Positions 45,744 through 55,604 of a DNA stretch of 64,000 bases are shown here, in pieces. The DNA is taken from assembly GCA_965209055.1 (NCBI GenBank), contig OZ242374.1, forward strand, positions 1,088,001-1,152,000, in the 5' to 3' direction. Positions within the stretch are counted from its first letter, which is position 1. Each line of letters starts with the position of its first letter. The translations under genes and the position numbers were made by a program. The DNA comes from Acidobacteriota bacterium. Lineage in GTDB: Bacteria > Acidobacteriota > UBA6911 > RPQK01 > JAJDTT01. The notes under the pieces are model-generated. The model worked only from the letters and a program-made list of their open reading frames with translations, had not been told where the DNA came from and searched no databases.

Positions 45744-46324
45744 AGCTGGAATTCGGCCGCACGAATGCCGCCGCTTCGCTCCGCTCCCCCGGCGGTAGGA
45801 AAACCGCCGGGCCCGGGTCGCTTCGCTCCCCCGGCGACAGGAAAGTCGCCGCTCCATGCCGCTCCCATGCGGGATTCACCCTCCTGGAGGTCCTGGTCGC
45901 GGTCTCCATTCTCGGCTTGGGCGTCGCCGTCACCATGCAGACCTTCTCGGGTGGCCTGAAGAACGTCCGGCGGATCGATCTCGCCCATCAGGCCATGGAA
46001 CACGCCGAGAACATCATGAACCGACTGCTCAGCGACGAGGACCTGGTGGGCCCCATCCAACTGGACGGCAACCTGGACGACGAGTTCGACTACACGGCCA
46101 TGGTGGACTTCTGGGACCCGCCCCGGCGGGGCCTCTCCCTGGAGATCGCCCTCCCGCCCGTGAACCTCCTGCTGGTGGAAGTCCGGGTGCGCTACAAGAA
46201 CGACAGCCGCGGCAAGTTCTACACCGCCCGCTGCCTCAAGCTGGTCCCCGATCCCAACGCCGCCCCGGCGAACCGGGGAGGGTCTCAAAGTGAAATGGAA
46301 AGGATCCTCCGTGGCGGACGGTAG
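45740..46324 (+). CDS. gspI: Minor pseudopilin, GspI-like, with REP doublet in the leader
   Basis: GTGA overlap with the gspH stop and a GGAGG RBS; G|FTLLEVL. Confidence 0.8.
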   Translation: MKLEFGRTNAAASLRSPGGRKTAGPGSLRSPGDRKVAAPCRSHAGFTLLEVLVAVSILGLGVAVTMQTFSGGLKNVRRIDLAHQAMEHAENIMNRLLSDEDLVGPIQLDGNLDDEFDYTAMVDFWDPPRRGLSLEIALPPVNLLLVEVRVRYKNDSRGKFYTARCLKLVPDPNAAPANRGGSQSEMERILRGGR

Positions 46325-47102
46325 CGGAGCGGCGACTTTCCTGTCGCCGGGGGAGCGAAGCGACCCGGGAGCGGCGGTTTTCCTACCGCCGCAAGCGGAG
46401 CGTCCCGGAGACGCCGGCTTCACCCTCATGGAACTCGTCGTCGCCTTCACCATCCTGGGACTGGTGGCCGGAATCGTTTTCTCCTCCTTCCGCCTGGCTC
46501 TCAACAGCTACCAGAAGAGCCAGACCCGCCTGGAGGAGGAGGCGGCCGAGAGAATCCTCGGCGACCAGGTCAAACGCCAGGTCGCGTCCCTCTACCCCCT
46601 GCGCCCGGTGGCCCCGCCGGACCGGACGGGGTTGGGCCCGGTGGAATCTCCCACCCGCTTCCAGACGCCGCTCTTCTTCGGCGCCCCCGATTCGGTCACC
46701 TTCATCACCGTGGCGCCGCTGGTCATGCATGAGACGCCGGGACTGACGGTGGTCCGCTACGGACTGGCCGAAGACGAGTACGGAGACCGCTACATGGGCT
46801 CCATGGAGGCCCAGTTCGTGGGCCTGGACAGCTTCAACGCCATGGTCCGGATCCCGGGCGGGAAGCCGCTTCCCCTGATCCGGGGCATCGACGCGCTGGA
46901 GTTCCAGTACTACGGATACGACCCCCGCCAGCGGGCGTTCGCCTGGTTCTCCGAATGGCTGGGAGAGGAAATGCAGTCCGTGCCTCGGGCCATCCGCATC
47001 GTTCATAACAGAGGGGAGGTCTTCGCCTCCGTCAACGCCAGCTTCATCGGGCGCCGGGGAAGGTCGAACCGGGTGTTCGGAACGGCGGGGGATCAACAAT
47101 GA
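46311..47102 (+). CDS. gspJ: Minor pseudopilin, GspJ-like, with REP doublet in the leader
   Basis: G|FTLMELV; GTG start preceded by AAAGGA; gene order. Confidence 0.8.
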   Translation: MADGSGAATFLSPGERSDPGAAVFLPPQAERPGDAGFTLMELVVAFTILGLVAGIVFSSFRLALNSYQKSQTRLEEEAAERILGDQVKRQVASLYPLRPVAPPDRTGLGPVESPTRFQTPLFFGAPDSVTFITVAPLVMHETPGLTVVRYGLAEDEYGDRYMGSMEAQFVGLDSFNAMVRIPGGKPLPLIRGIDALEFQYYGYDPRQRAFAWFSEWLGEEMQSVPRAIRIVHNRGEVFASVNASFIGRRGRSNRVFGTAGDQQ

Positions 47103-48103
47103 GCAATCGATGGAGCGCCGGCGACGCCGAACGGGGCGCGGTCCTCATCATCGTCCTCTGGGTGATGCTGGCCCTGGGACTCTTGGCGCTGAGCTTCGGA
47201 GCGGCGATCCGCACCGAAATCGACGCCACCCGCAACCTGGTGGAGCAGAAGCGGGCGCACTACCTGGCCCGGGCCGGAATCGACTATGCCGTCTATCGGA
47301 TCATCGAATCCCAGATGGCCTTTGCCCAGAGCCGGCAGCGCATGGAACTGGGTCCGGGATCGGTCCCCGAAGTCATGACCGGCGCCGTCACCCTCCAGTT
47401 GGGACCCGATCTCGCCGACGTGCAGGTGGTGGACGAGACCGGGAAGATCAACCTGAACACCGCTCCGTCCCACTTGATCTACAACCTCCTGATCACGGTG
47501 GGAATGGAGCCGGGCGACGCCGACAGGCTCACCGATGCCATCGAGGACTGGAGGGACCCCGACGAGTTCTTCCGGCCCAACGGGGCCGAGAGCGACTACT
47601 ATCTTTCACTCCCGCAGCCCTACTACGCCAAGAACGGTCCCTTCGACGTCCCCGAAGAGCTGCTCCTGGTGCGGGGCGTGACGCCCGAGATCTACTACGG
47701 CCGCAAGGGGCTCACGCCCGAGGGCGACCGGGTCGAATACTTCGGGCTGGGCAAGTACCTGACCGTCTTCAGCCAGGTGAACCGGATCAACGTCAACTCG
47801 GCGCCGGTCCCGGTCCTGGCCGCCATCCCCGGCCTGACCTACGAGACGGCTCTGGTCATCGACGAGATGCGCCGCCAGTTTCCCCTGGGCGACGTGAGCA
47901 CCGCGTTGACCCAAATCCCCGGCCTGCCCACGGACACGGCCTCCTATCTTTCGACCCTTCGATCCAACGTCTACAGCCTGATCAGCACCGGACGCCTTTC
48001 GGGTTCGGAAGTGATCGGCCGCATCAACGCCGTGATCCAGGTCGGAGTCGGAATCAAGCAGTATGCTGTCCTCTACTGGAATGAAGCGAACACGGAACTC
48101 TAA
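47099..48103 (+). CDS. gspK: Minor pseudopilin GspK
   Basis: ERG|AVLIIVLW; DETGKINLN; DWRDPD; GAESDYY; INVNSA. Confidence 0.9.
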   Translation: MSNRWSAGDAERGAVLIIVLWVMLALGLLALSFGAAIRTEIDATRNLVEQKRAHYLARAGIDYAVYRIIESQMAFAQSRQRMELGPGSVPEVMTGAVTLQLGPDLADVQVVDETGKINLNTAPSHLIYNLLITVGMEPGDADRLTDAIEDWRDPDEFFRPNGAESDYYLSLPQPYYAKNGPFDVPEELLLVRGVTPEIYYGRKGLTPEGDRVEYFGLGKYLTVFSQVNRINVNSAPVPVLAAIPGLTYETALVIDEMRRQFPLGDVSTALTQIPGLPTDTASYLSTLRSNVYSLISTGRLSGSEVIGRINAVIQVGVGIKQYAVLYWNEANTEL

Positions 48104-48169
48104 GGAGCGGCGGTTTTCCTACCGCCGAGGGAGCGAAGCGACCCAGGATCGGCGACTTTCCTGTCGCCG
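48103..48169 (+). repeat. REP doublet
   Basis: GGAGCGGCGGTTTTCCTACCGCCG followed by CGGCGACTTTCCTGTCGCCG. Confidence 0.8.
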
Positions 48170-48215
48170 AAAGCGAATCGTCCCCGACCCCTCCCCCACG
48201 AGGTGAAATAGAACC

Positions 48216-49616
48216 ATGAGATTCAGCTTGGGCGCCGCCCTCGGCATCGAAGTCCACGGCCCGGACCTGGTCCTCGCCGTCGTCCGAAAGGGTTTCCGCC
48301 ATTTCGAGCTCCAGGACCACGCCGTCATCGAGGATTTCCGGACTCTGCCACCGGGCCGGCTCCGGGAGCGGATCCGCCAGTCCGTCCGGTCCTACGGCGC
48401 GCTCAAGGACCGGATCGTCCTGGGGGTTCCCCGTGACGAGGCCGTCGTCCGGTGGCTGGAACTTCCGCTGGAGGTGGAAGAGAACCTGGATCAGATGGTC
48501 CAGTTTCAAGTGGAGCGCCTGGAACCCACCGAGGAGAACGGGTCCTACTACGAATACCAGGTGCTGGAGAAGGACGAGGCCACAGGCAAGCTGCTGATCC
48601 AGATCACCATGCTGCCGCGGGCCACGCTGGACCGGTATCTGGAGATCCTCCAGCCCGCCGACCTCTACCCCGTGGCCATCCGCCTGTCCAGCATCGCCTA
48701 CCACCAGGTTCTGCTGGCTCACGCCGACGGACTGCCCGCGAAGCAGCCTTGCCTGGCCCTGGCTCTGAACCCCGGTTCCATCGAGATGGTGCTGATCTCC
48801 GGCTCCAGCAAGTATTTCTCCCAGAAGGTGGGGCTGGGGGAAGGGGAGGCGCAGACGCTGTCGTCGATCCTGCGCCACGTGGACGCCTTTCTCTCCCAAG
48901 TCAGTCCGTTGGGCGGCGAGCTTCGCAAGATCTACCTGAGCGGCTCACTGGCCCGCTCTCTCCTGGGCGAGTTCCGGGCCCGCTTCGAGGATTGCGAGCT
49001 GCTCCGCACGCATCTTCAATTGGCCCCCGGGAGCGTCCGGGCGGAGGCGGTGGAACCCTTTCTGCCGGCCGCCGGCCTGGCCATTTCAGGCCTGACCCGG
49101 TCGGGGCCCGCCCGGTACAACCTGATTCCGGAGGAGAAGCGCCTGGTGCTGGAACGGTCCAGCATGTTGCCGACGGCGCTGCTGGCCGGACTCCTGGCCG
49201 TGATGGCCGTGGCCCTGCTGGGCAGGGATTATTTCCAGCAGTCCGATCTGACCCACCAGATCCAGGTGGAGCTCAACGCCCTCCAGCCCAGGATCCAGGA
49301 GGTCATGGAGCTGCGGGAGAGGACCCGCCGGGCCGAACTCCGGCTGGCCGAGCTGCAGGAGTTGATGCAGGGCCGGGAGAAGGTCCTGGGCATCCTGCGC
49401 GAAATGACGGAGAAGACCCCCGACGACGCGTTCCTGGACCAGCTTTCGATACGAGGAGAACAGGTCACCATGGTGGGCTACGCGTCGTCGGCGTCCGGGC
49501 TCCTGTCCAACCTCACCACCACCGAGTCGCTGGACACCGTCGAACCCCGGAACATCGCGCCCGCCAGGGGGATGGGGGATCGGGAGAAGTTCACCTTCGA
49601 CGCCACGTCCAAGTGA
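48216..49616 (+). CDS. GspL/PilM-PilN-like assembly protein
   Basis: Actin-like N-terminus (LGIEV); NLIP motif, TM helix, coiled coil, PilN-like C-terminus. Confidence 0.78.
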   Translation: MRFSLGAALGIEVHGPDLVLAVVRKGFRHFELQDHAVIEDFRTLPPGRLRERIRQSVRSYGALKDRIVLGVPRDEAVVRWLELPLEVEENLDQMVQFQVERLEPTEENGSYYEYQVLEKDEATGKLLIQITMLPRATLDRYLEILQPADLYPVAIRLSSIAYHQVLLAHADGLPAKQPCLALALNPGSIEMVLISGSSKYFSQKVGLGEGEAQTLSSILRHVDAFLSQVSPLGGELRKIYLSGSLARSLLGEFRARFEDCELLRTHLQLAPGSVRAEAVEPFLPAAGLAISGLTRSGPARYNLIPEEKRLVLERSSMLPTALLAGLLAVMAVALLGRDYFQQSDLTHQIQVELNALQPRIQEVMELRERTRRAELRLAELQELMQGREKVLGILREMTEKTPDDAFLDQLSIRGEQVTMVGYASSASGLLSNLTTTESLDTVEPRNIAPARGMGDREKFTFDATSK

Positions 49617-49625
49617 AAGGGAACC

Positions 49626-50216
49626 ATGAGGAAGCTGACACTCAGAGAACGGCGCATTCTGCAGGGAGGGGGGCTGACGGCAGCGGTCGTGCTGGTCTAC
49701 TTCTTTGCGGTGGAACCCTTCAATGAAGCCCGGGCCTCCATCCCGGCCGAACTGGAGACCAAGGCCAAGTTGCTGCAGCGTTCAAGGCAGCTCCTCTCTC
49801 AGCGGGACTACTACCGGTCCCGGAGCGACGAGCTGGAGCGGCGGGTCCAGCAGTACGAGAATCGCTTCATCGACGCCGAGAATTCCAGCGACGCCACCAC
49901 CAAGGTCGAGCTGGCGGTGCGGGATCTGGCGTCCCGGCTGGGAATCACCATCGCCCGGAGCAGCCGGGTCCAGGAGCGGGTCCTGGACGACCGCTACGCC
50001 AGGATCACGCTGAGAGTGAATCTCCGGGCCGACCTGCGGCAGGTGTTGGAGTTCGTCCACGCCGTTTCGAACTACCCCAAGTTCCTCAAGGTTGAGAACC
50101 TGGAGCTCCGGGTCGCAAGGGTCAGAGGCAAGCGCCGCCTCAACCCCAGCATGCACGTCTCGGGGCTGATTCAACTTTCTCCCGCGCCGGGCATCTCTAC
50201 CAGGAGCGGAACATGA
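49626..50216 (+). CDS. GspM/PilO-like protein
   Basis: LTLRERRIL, then TM helix, coiled coil and ferredoxin-like C-terminus; gene order. Confidence 0.75.
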   Translation: MRKLTLRERRILQGGGLTAAVVLVYFFAVEPFNEARASIPAELETKAKLLQRSRQLLSQRDYYRSRSDELERRVQQYENRFIDAENSSDATTKVELAVRDLASRLGITIARSSRVQERVLDDRYARITLRVNLRADLRQVLEFVHAVSNYPKFLKVENLELRVARVRGKRRLNPSMHVSGLIQLSPAPGISTRSGT

Positions 50217-51010
50217 GGCAGGGAATCGTTTTGCTCAACCTGTTGCTGGTGGCGGGCGTCGGCCTGCTGGGAGAGCGCCTGATCTCGAATTGGCGCCATT
50301 TCCAGGAGTCCACCCGTCAGGAGGTCTATCAGCGGATCAACCGGAGTCCCGAGCGGCCGGAGGAAGCGTCGTTCCGGCAGGAACCGGCGCGGCCCATCAA
50401 CCACTACCTGGAGATCCACGAGCGGAACCTCTTCAACCCCGAACGCCGGCCGGAGGAGGAGGAGGCCGGCGCGGAGGAGATCGCCGTCCAGAAGCCCCCT
50501 CCACTGCCCATCAAGCCGACGCTGCACGGCGTCTCCACCATCCGCGGCGAGCAGAGGGCGTTTCTGACCGTTTTCGCGGGGAAGAAGAACCAGGGCGAGT
50601 CCCGGACGGTGATGCTGGGAGACATGGTGCAGGGGTACCGGGTGGGCGAGATCACGCCGACCACGGTCACGCTGGTATGGAATCATCACACCGAGCTGAT
50701 TGACATCATGGACTCCAGGAAGGGCAAGCAGCCCAAGAAATCGGCGGCCAACAAGGGCGGCGCCGGCGCGGTCAACATCGTGACCGTCGGCTCCACCCGG
50801 GCTGCGGTGGAGACGGTGGCCGCATCGGTCCCGCCCGCCGAAGAGGGGGCGCGCGCGGCCGTGAGTCCCGCCGCCGGCCAACAACGGGTCCGGTCCGGCG
50901 GAGCCGCCGCCCGGGGCCGAACCACCCTCACGGGCCGCCAGGGCGCCGCCCGCGGCCGCACCAGCACCGCCAGGCGTTCCGTCTATGGCACCGCCGCGAC
51001 CCGGAGATGA
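50213..51010 (+). CDS. GspC/PilP-like protein
   Basis: N-terminal TM helix; RNLFNPERRP; LHGV....GD.VQGYRVGEI....V. Confidence 0.65.
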   Translation: MRQGIVLLNLLLVAGVGLLGERLISNWRHFQESTRQEVYQRINRSPERPEEASFRQEPARPINHYLEIHERNLFNPERRPEEEEAGAEEIAVQKPPPLPIKPTLHGVSTIRGEQRAFLTVFAGKKNQGESRTVMLGDMVQGYRVGEITPTTVTLVWNHHTELIDIMDSRKGKQPKKSAANKGGAGAVNIVTVGSTRAAVETVAASVPPAEEGARAAVSPAAGQQRVRSGGAAARGRTTLTGRQGAARGRTSTARRSVYGTAATRR

Positions 51011-51090
51011 GGAGGGGGGGCGGGGGCGGCGGTTTCCAACCGCCGATTCTTATATCCCATGCGAATCACGCGATCGGAAATCGCCCCTCC
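51010..51090. repeat. Intact REP doublet (empty equivalent of the island target)
   Basis: CGGCGGTTTCCAACCGCCG, spacer, GCGATCGGAAATCGCCCCTCC. Confidence 0.85.
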
Positions 51091-51147
51091 CGCCATGATT
51101 TCGAAATCTATACGTGACCCAATGACGACTCAAAAGAGGTTCAAATA

Positions 51148-53889
51148 ATGCGTGCGTTGATCGCAGTGGTTGTAATTCTTTTCAGCGGGAGCGAACTCTT
51201 CGTCGCTGCACAGCGCGTCGGCTTCGCTCAGCGTTCCGGGACCACCCGGCAGACGGGTCAGGAGCCGTTGATCGTCGATGACGGCGCTCCCCCGGCGTCC
51301 GGCTCGAGGTCCGACATGCAGGACGCGCTCCGGAAGCGCCGTGAGGCGCTTCAGAAGGTGTACGGAAGACAGGGACAGGAGGCTTCGGGCGGCTCCGGGG
51401 CGGCCACCGCGGCGGGATCCTCTCGCGATGAGCCGCGGACCCCGACCTCGGCCGGGAACCGGGCAGGGCGCTCCGGCAACGGCAACGGAGGAGTCAAGCT
51501 GGCCTTTACCGACATGCCCATCGACCGGGTGGTGAACGCCGTCATGACCGAGCTGGGCTACTCCTACGTCATCGACCCGGCTGTCTCCGGAACGGTCAGC
51601 CTGTTCACCATGGACGACATCCCCAAGAAGACCCTCTTCCGGGTCCTGGAGCAGGTGCTCAAGCTGTCCGGTCAGGCCATCGTCAAGCAGGAGGGGATCT
51701 ACGTCGTCCTGCCCATCGGCAAGAGTCCGCGCGTGCCGCACAAGATTCTGGCCCGGCCGCCTGTATCCGGCGCGAGCCCGGCCGTCCCCGCTCCGCTCCA
51801 GGAGAAGACAGACGCCCGGGAGGAGGAACCCGAGACCGCGCCTCCCGGGCGGGAATCCCCCGAGTCCGCTCCCTCGGAAGGCGCCGTGAGGGTGGTGTCT
51901 CCGGGGGGAACCGCTCCCGCGCCGGGAGCGGCTCTCTCCGGAGAGACGGCAACGCCCGCCACGACCGTGCTCTCTCAAGAGGAAGGGGCTTCCGCGGCGG
52001 AACAGGCGACGGCCTCGCAGGCCGCTCCCGGCCCCACCGTACTGACACCAGGGGAGTCGGAGGAGGCCCTCCGGCTGGAGGACGAAGAGGGCATCATCAC
52101 TTACGTCATCCCCCTCCACTACCTGCCCTCCGAAGACATGATCGAGATCGTGCAGCCCTTCGTCTCCGAGGGGGCCACTGTGGTCAACCTGGTCTCGGTC
52201 AACATTCTCCTCATCACCGACTACCGCCGGAACATCCAACAGGCGCTGAACCTGATCCGGATGCTGGACACCGAGTATTTCTCCATCAACACCGTCGATC
52301 TGATCACCATACGGCACAACCACGCCGTGGACGTGGCCACAGACCTGAGTGCGGTCTTCTCTCCAAGTGAGAAGGGCGGCGGCGTGCGCATCGTCGCCAT
52401 CGAGCGGCTCAACAGCATCCTGGTGGTCACGCACGCGCCTGCGGTCCTGCAGGAGGTCAAGACCTGGGTGGCCAAGCTGGACACTCCTTCCACCAACACC
52501 AATCTCAAGACCTACGTCTACGAGGTCGAGAACAACACCGCCGCCTACATCGCCGACGTCCTGGGCCAACTCTACTACCAGGGCATGGGCCTGCCCATGG
52601 GCGGCACCGATTCCACGGACCCGCAGGCGGACGATCAGCTCCGGCGGACTCCGACCCAGGACCCCGGCTTCCTCCGCCAGCAGCGGGGCTTCGGGGGCTA
52701 CGGCGGCGGCTACGGCGGGTACGGAGGCGGCTACGGCGGGTACGGAGGCGGTGGCTACGGAGGTTACGGTGGCGGCTACGGCGGGTACGGCGGTGGTGGC
52801 TACGGAGGTTATGGCGGCGGCTATGGCGGCTACGGCGGTGGCATGGGCGGCGGTTACGGGAGGGGATTGGGACCCTCACTGATGGGGCGTTCCCTCAGCC
52901 GCCCGTCCGGTATCCGGGTGGTGAGTGCGGGAGATATCCGCATCGTCGTCAACGATTTCAGCAACTCGCTGATCATCCAGTCCACGGAGGCGGACTACCG
53001 GTTCCTGCTGGACACCATCCGTCAACTGGACAAGCTGCCGCGCCAGGTTTTCATGGAGGCCCGGATCTACTCGGTGGAGTTGCGGGACGATCTCAGCTTC
53101 GGCGTGGCCGCCTTCCTCCGGGGCCGGCAGGCCGACGCCACGGGACCGCCCACCACCGGCAGCCTCACCGGAGCCTCTGACGCGGGCGGCGGAGGCGGCG
53201 CCCTGTCCATGGTCACCAAGGCCTTCATCGGGGCGCAAAGGGAGTTGGAGGCCGCTATCACCGCGCTCCGTTCCCGGACCAACGTGGAGATCCTGGAGGC
53301 CCCCACGCTGCTGGCGGTGGACGGCATGCAGGCCCGAATCAACGTGGGCGCCGAGGTCCCGGTCACGACCGCTTCCTACGGCGACCCCATCACCTCGGGA
53401 GTCGCCAGCGCCTTCGCCAACAGCATCAACTATCGTCCCACCGGGACTTCGCTCCTGATCATGCCCCGCACCAGCGCCAGCGGCATCGTGACCATGGACC
53501 TGGCCATCGAGGTCAGCCAGGCGGCGGGTTCCTCACTCACCCCCACCATCAGCCAGAATTACGTGGAGACCTCCCTGATCGTCCGGGACGGCGAGACGGT
53601 GGCTATCGCGGGCATCATCAGCGACATCAGCGACCGCAGCCGCAACCGGATCCCCGTGCTGGGGGACATCCCGGTGGTGGGAGCCCTGTTCGGGCGGACT
53701 GCCAAGAGCAAGCGCCGGTCCGAGCTGGTCGTCTTCATCACGCCCCACGTCATTCACGGCCTGCCCACGGCCGTGGAGGTCACGCTGGACTTCAAACGGG
53801 CGCTCCGAAACGCCTACCACACCATCAACCGAAAGGACCAGGAACGACGCGACTTGATCCAGAGGCGCAAAAACGAAGAAGGGCACTGA
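51148..53889 (+). CDS. gspD: Type II secretion secretin with a Gly/Tyr-rich insert
   Basis: N0-N3 domains; LDKLPRQVFMEARI; VRDGETVAIAGII; IPVLGDIPVVGALF; ELVVFITPHVI. Confidence 0.92.
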   Translation: MRALIAVVVILFSGSELFVAAQRVGFAQRSGTTRQTGQEPLIVDDGAPPASGSRSDMQDALRKRREALQKVYGRQGQEASGGSGAATAAGSSRDEPRTPTSAGNRAGRSGNGNGGVKLAFTDMPIDRVVNAVMTELGYSYVIDPAVSGTVSLFTMDDIPKKTLFRVLEQVLKLSGQAIVKQEGIYVVLPIGKSPRVPHKILARPPVSGASPAVPAPLQEKTDAREEEPETAPPGRESPESAPSEGAVRVVSPGGTAPAPGAALSGETATPATTVLSQEEGASAAEQATASQAAPGPTVLTPGESEEALRLEDEEGIITYVIPLHYLPSEDMIEIVQPFVSEGATVVNLVSVNILLITDYRRNIQQALNLIRMLDTEYFSINTVDLITIRHNHAVDVATDLSAVFSPSEKGGGVRIVAIERLNSILVVTHAPAVLQEVKTWVAKLDTPSTNTNLKTYVYEVENNTAAYIADVLGQLYYQGMGLPMGGTDSTDPQADDQLRRTPTQDPGFLRQQRGFGGYGGGYGGYGGGYGGYGGGGYGGYGGGYGGYGGGGYGGYGGGYGGYGGGMGGGYGRGLGPSLMGRSLSRPSGIRVVSAGDIRIVVNDFSNSLIIQSTEADYRFLLDTIRQLDKLPRQVFMEARIYSVELRDDLSFGVAAFLRGRQADATGPPTTGSLTGASDAGGGGGALSMVTKAFIGAQRELEAAITALRSRTNVEILEAPTLLAVDGMQARINVGAEVPVTTASYGDPITSGVASAFANSINYRPTGTSLLIMPRTSASGIVTMDLAIEVSQAAGSSLTPTISQNYVETSLIVRDGETVAIAGIISDISDRSRNRIPVLGDIPVVGALFGRTAKSKRRSELVVFITPHVIHGLPTAVEVTLDFKRALRNAYHTINRKDQERRDLIQRRKNEEGH

Positions 53890-53891
53890 AA

Positions 53892-54848
53892 ATGAGGCGC
53901 GCAGCGTCTGCCGCACTGTTGCTGGCCTGGCTCGGTCCGTCCGCCGCCTCAGCCGCTTCTCCCCACCCGGTCCGCCTCGTCAAGACCGACGCGGCGCGGG
54001 TGGACATCTACGCCGGCGAGGCCCTGTTCGCCTCCTACCACTACGGCATCGGCCTGCACAAACCCATCCTCCATCCCCTGCGCAGTCCCGGAGGACACCG
54101 GATCACCAGGGGATTCCCCATGGTGTTCGGCATCCCCGGCGAGCAGACCGACCACTGGCAACACGAAGGCGTCTTCCTCACCTACCGCAACGTCAACGGC
54201 GTTGACTTCTGGTCCAAGTTTCCCCCCACGCGAGACCGGCCCGGCAGCGGCCGGATCCGCCACACCGGCTTCACCCGCCTGGAGGGCGGAGAAAAGGGCA
54301 TCCTGGGGACCACTGCCGACTGGATCGCCCCCACCGGCAAAGTCCTGCTGAAACAGGACTCTCAAATGACCATCCGAGCGGGACCCGACTGGCGAACCCT
54401 GGATCTTCAGATCACCCTGACCGCCCGGGACGAGCCGGTCACCTTCGGCGACATCGAAGAAGGCCTGCTGGCCATCCGCGTCGCCTCCGGCCTGCGCGAG
54501 GACCGCACCGGCCGCTACCTCAACGCCGAAGGCCTGGAGCTGGCGAAAAACGTCTGGGGCAAGAGGTCGCCCTGGGTGGCCCTGCGCGGAACCGTCCGGG
54601 ACGAGGACCTCACCCTGGCCATCCTGAACCACCCCCGCAGCGTCCGATTTCCCACTTACTGGCACGCCCGCGCCTACGGCCTCTTCGCCGCCAACCCCTT
54701 CGGCCGCGCCGATTTCGAAAAGGGCGCTCCGCCCCTGAACTACTCCCTGTCCCCCGGCGAATCGGCCCTCCTCCTCTACCGCATCCTCATCCACTCCGGC
54801 CACCTCACCCGCTCCCGGATCGAGGACGAGTTCCGCAAATACCGATAG
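53892..54848 (+). CDS. Exported PmoA-like/DUF6807 family protein
   Basis: Signal peptide; KPILHPL; DHWQHEG; VNGVDFW; WHARAYGLFAANPFG. Confidence 0.75.
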   Translation: MRRAASAALLLAWLGPSAASAASPHPVRLVKTDAARVDIYAGEALFASYHYGIGLHKPILHPLRSPGGHRITRGFPMVFGIPGEQTDHWQHEGVFLTYRNVNGVDFWSKFPPTRDRPGSGRIRHTGFTRLEGGEKGILGTTADWIAPTGKVLLKQDSQMTIRAGPDWRTLDLQITLTARDEPVTFGDIEEGLLAIRVASGLREDRTGRYLNAEGLELAKNVWGKRSPWVALRGTVRDEDLTLAILNHPRSVRFPTYWHARAYGLFAANPFGRADFEKGAPPLNYSLSPGESALLLYRILIHSGHLTRSRIEDEFRKYR

Positions 54849-55563
54849 CAGGGGCGGTTTTCCTACCGCTCCGTGTCAGGCGAGTTGGCCGTCGATCGGC
54901 AAGCCAGCTCTCCTGCACCCTCTCGAAAAGAAGAAATTCCCCATCTCTCAATCCGGCTTTTTCCGGGTTCTCGCGGATGTATTCCAGACACTTCATGAAA
55001 TGCATCTCGTCCCTGATCAATCGGTCCCAATAATCCTTTTCCCAGAGCTTGCCCGACCTTCCGGTCTTCCGATTGATCTGACGAGCCGTAAACAGCTTCC
55101 AGGACCTTAGAATGTCTCCGAGCCGATGAGATCCAAGAGGTCTGAACAGCACATGAACGTGGTTGGGCATTACGACGAACGCGGCCAGTTCGTATCGTTG
55201 GCCGTCAAAGAATCGCAGTGCGTCAGCGACGATCCTGGACAATGCGGGATCCCTGAGGATGCAGGACCCGCTGCCTTGATCCAAACAGTTGTCAATCCGT
55301 CCGGAGAAACGTTTGCGGTAGCGTTTCGCCGTCTCAGAGTTCCAAGGTCGAGGATTTCGTTTCAACCAGAATTCGCGCTCCTCCCGCCACTGAGCCAGTT
55401 TGATTTGGGGAAGCGAATCTCCCAGCCGCCAGGTCACAAAAACGAATGTGTGATCCTGTTGCCAGTGGGGCAGGCGATTTTGGCGAACATCCCCGGGTCC
55501 ATAGGGGTCGAAATAGAATCGGGAGCGCGTTCCTTGCCGAACATTCTCGGGATCACGTGACAC
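54805..55563 (-). CDS. REP-associated tyrosine transposase (RAYT, HUH Y1)
   Basis: LPHW...FVTWRL; FVVMPNHVH (HUH); W.KDYWDRLIRDE; catalytic EYIRENP; REPs on both sides (54849-54872 and 55605-55783). Confidence 0.9.
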   Translation of the reverse strand: MSRDPENVRQGTRSRFYFDPYGPGDVRQNRLPHWQQDHTFVFVTWRLGDSLPQIKLAQWREEREFWLKRNPRPWNSETAKRYRKRFSGRIDNCLDQGSGSCILRDPALSRIVADALRFFDGQRYELAAFVVMPNHVHVLFRPLGSHRLGDILRSWKLFTARQINRKTGRSGKLWEKDYWDRLIRDEMHFMKCLEYIRENPEKAGLRDGEFLLFERVQESWLADRRPTRLTRSGRKTAPAIGICGTRPRSGSG

Positions 55564-55604
55564 ATAGTCCCAAACGTCACCAAAGCAAAAACAACGAAAT
55601 CGAT

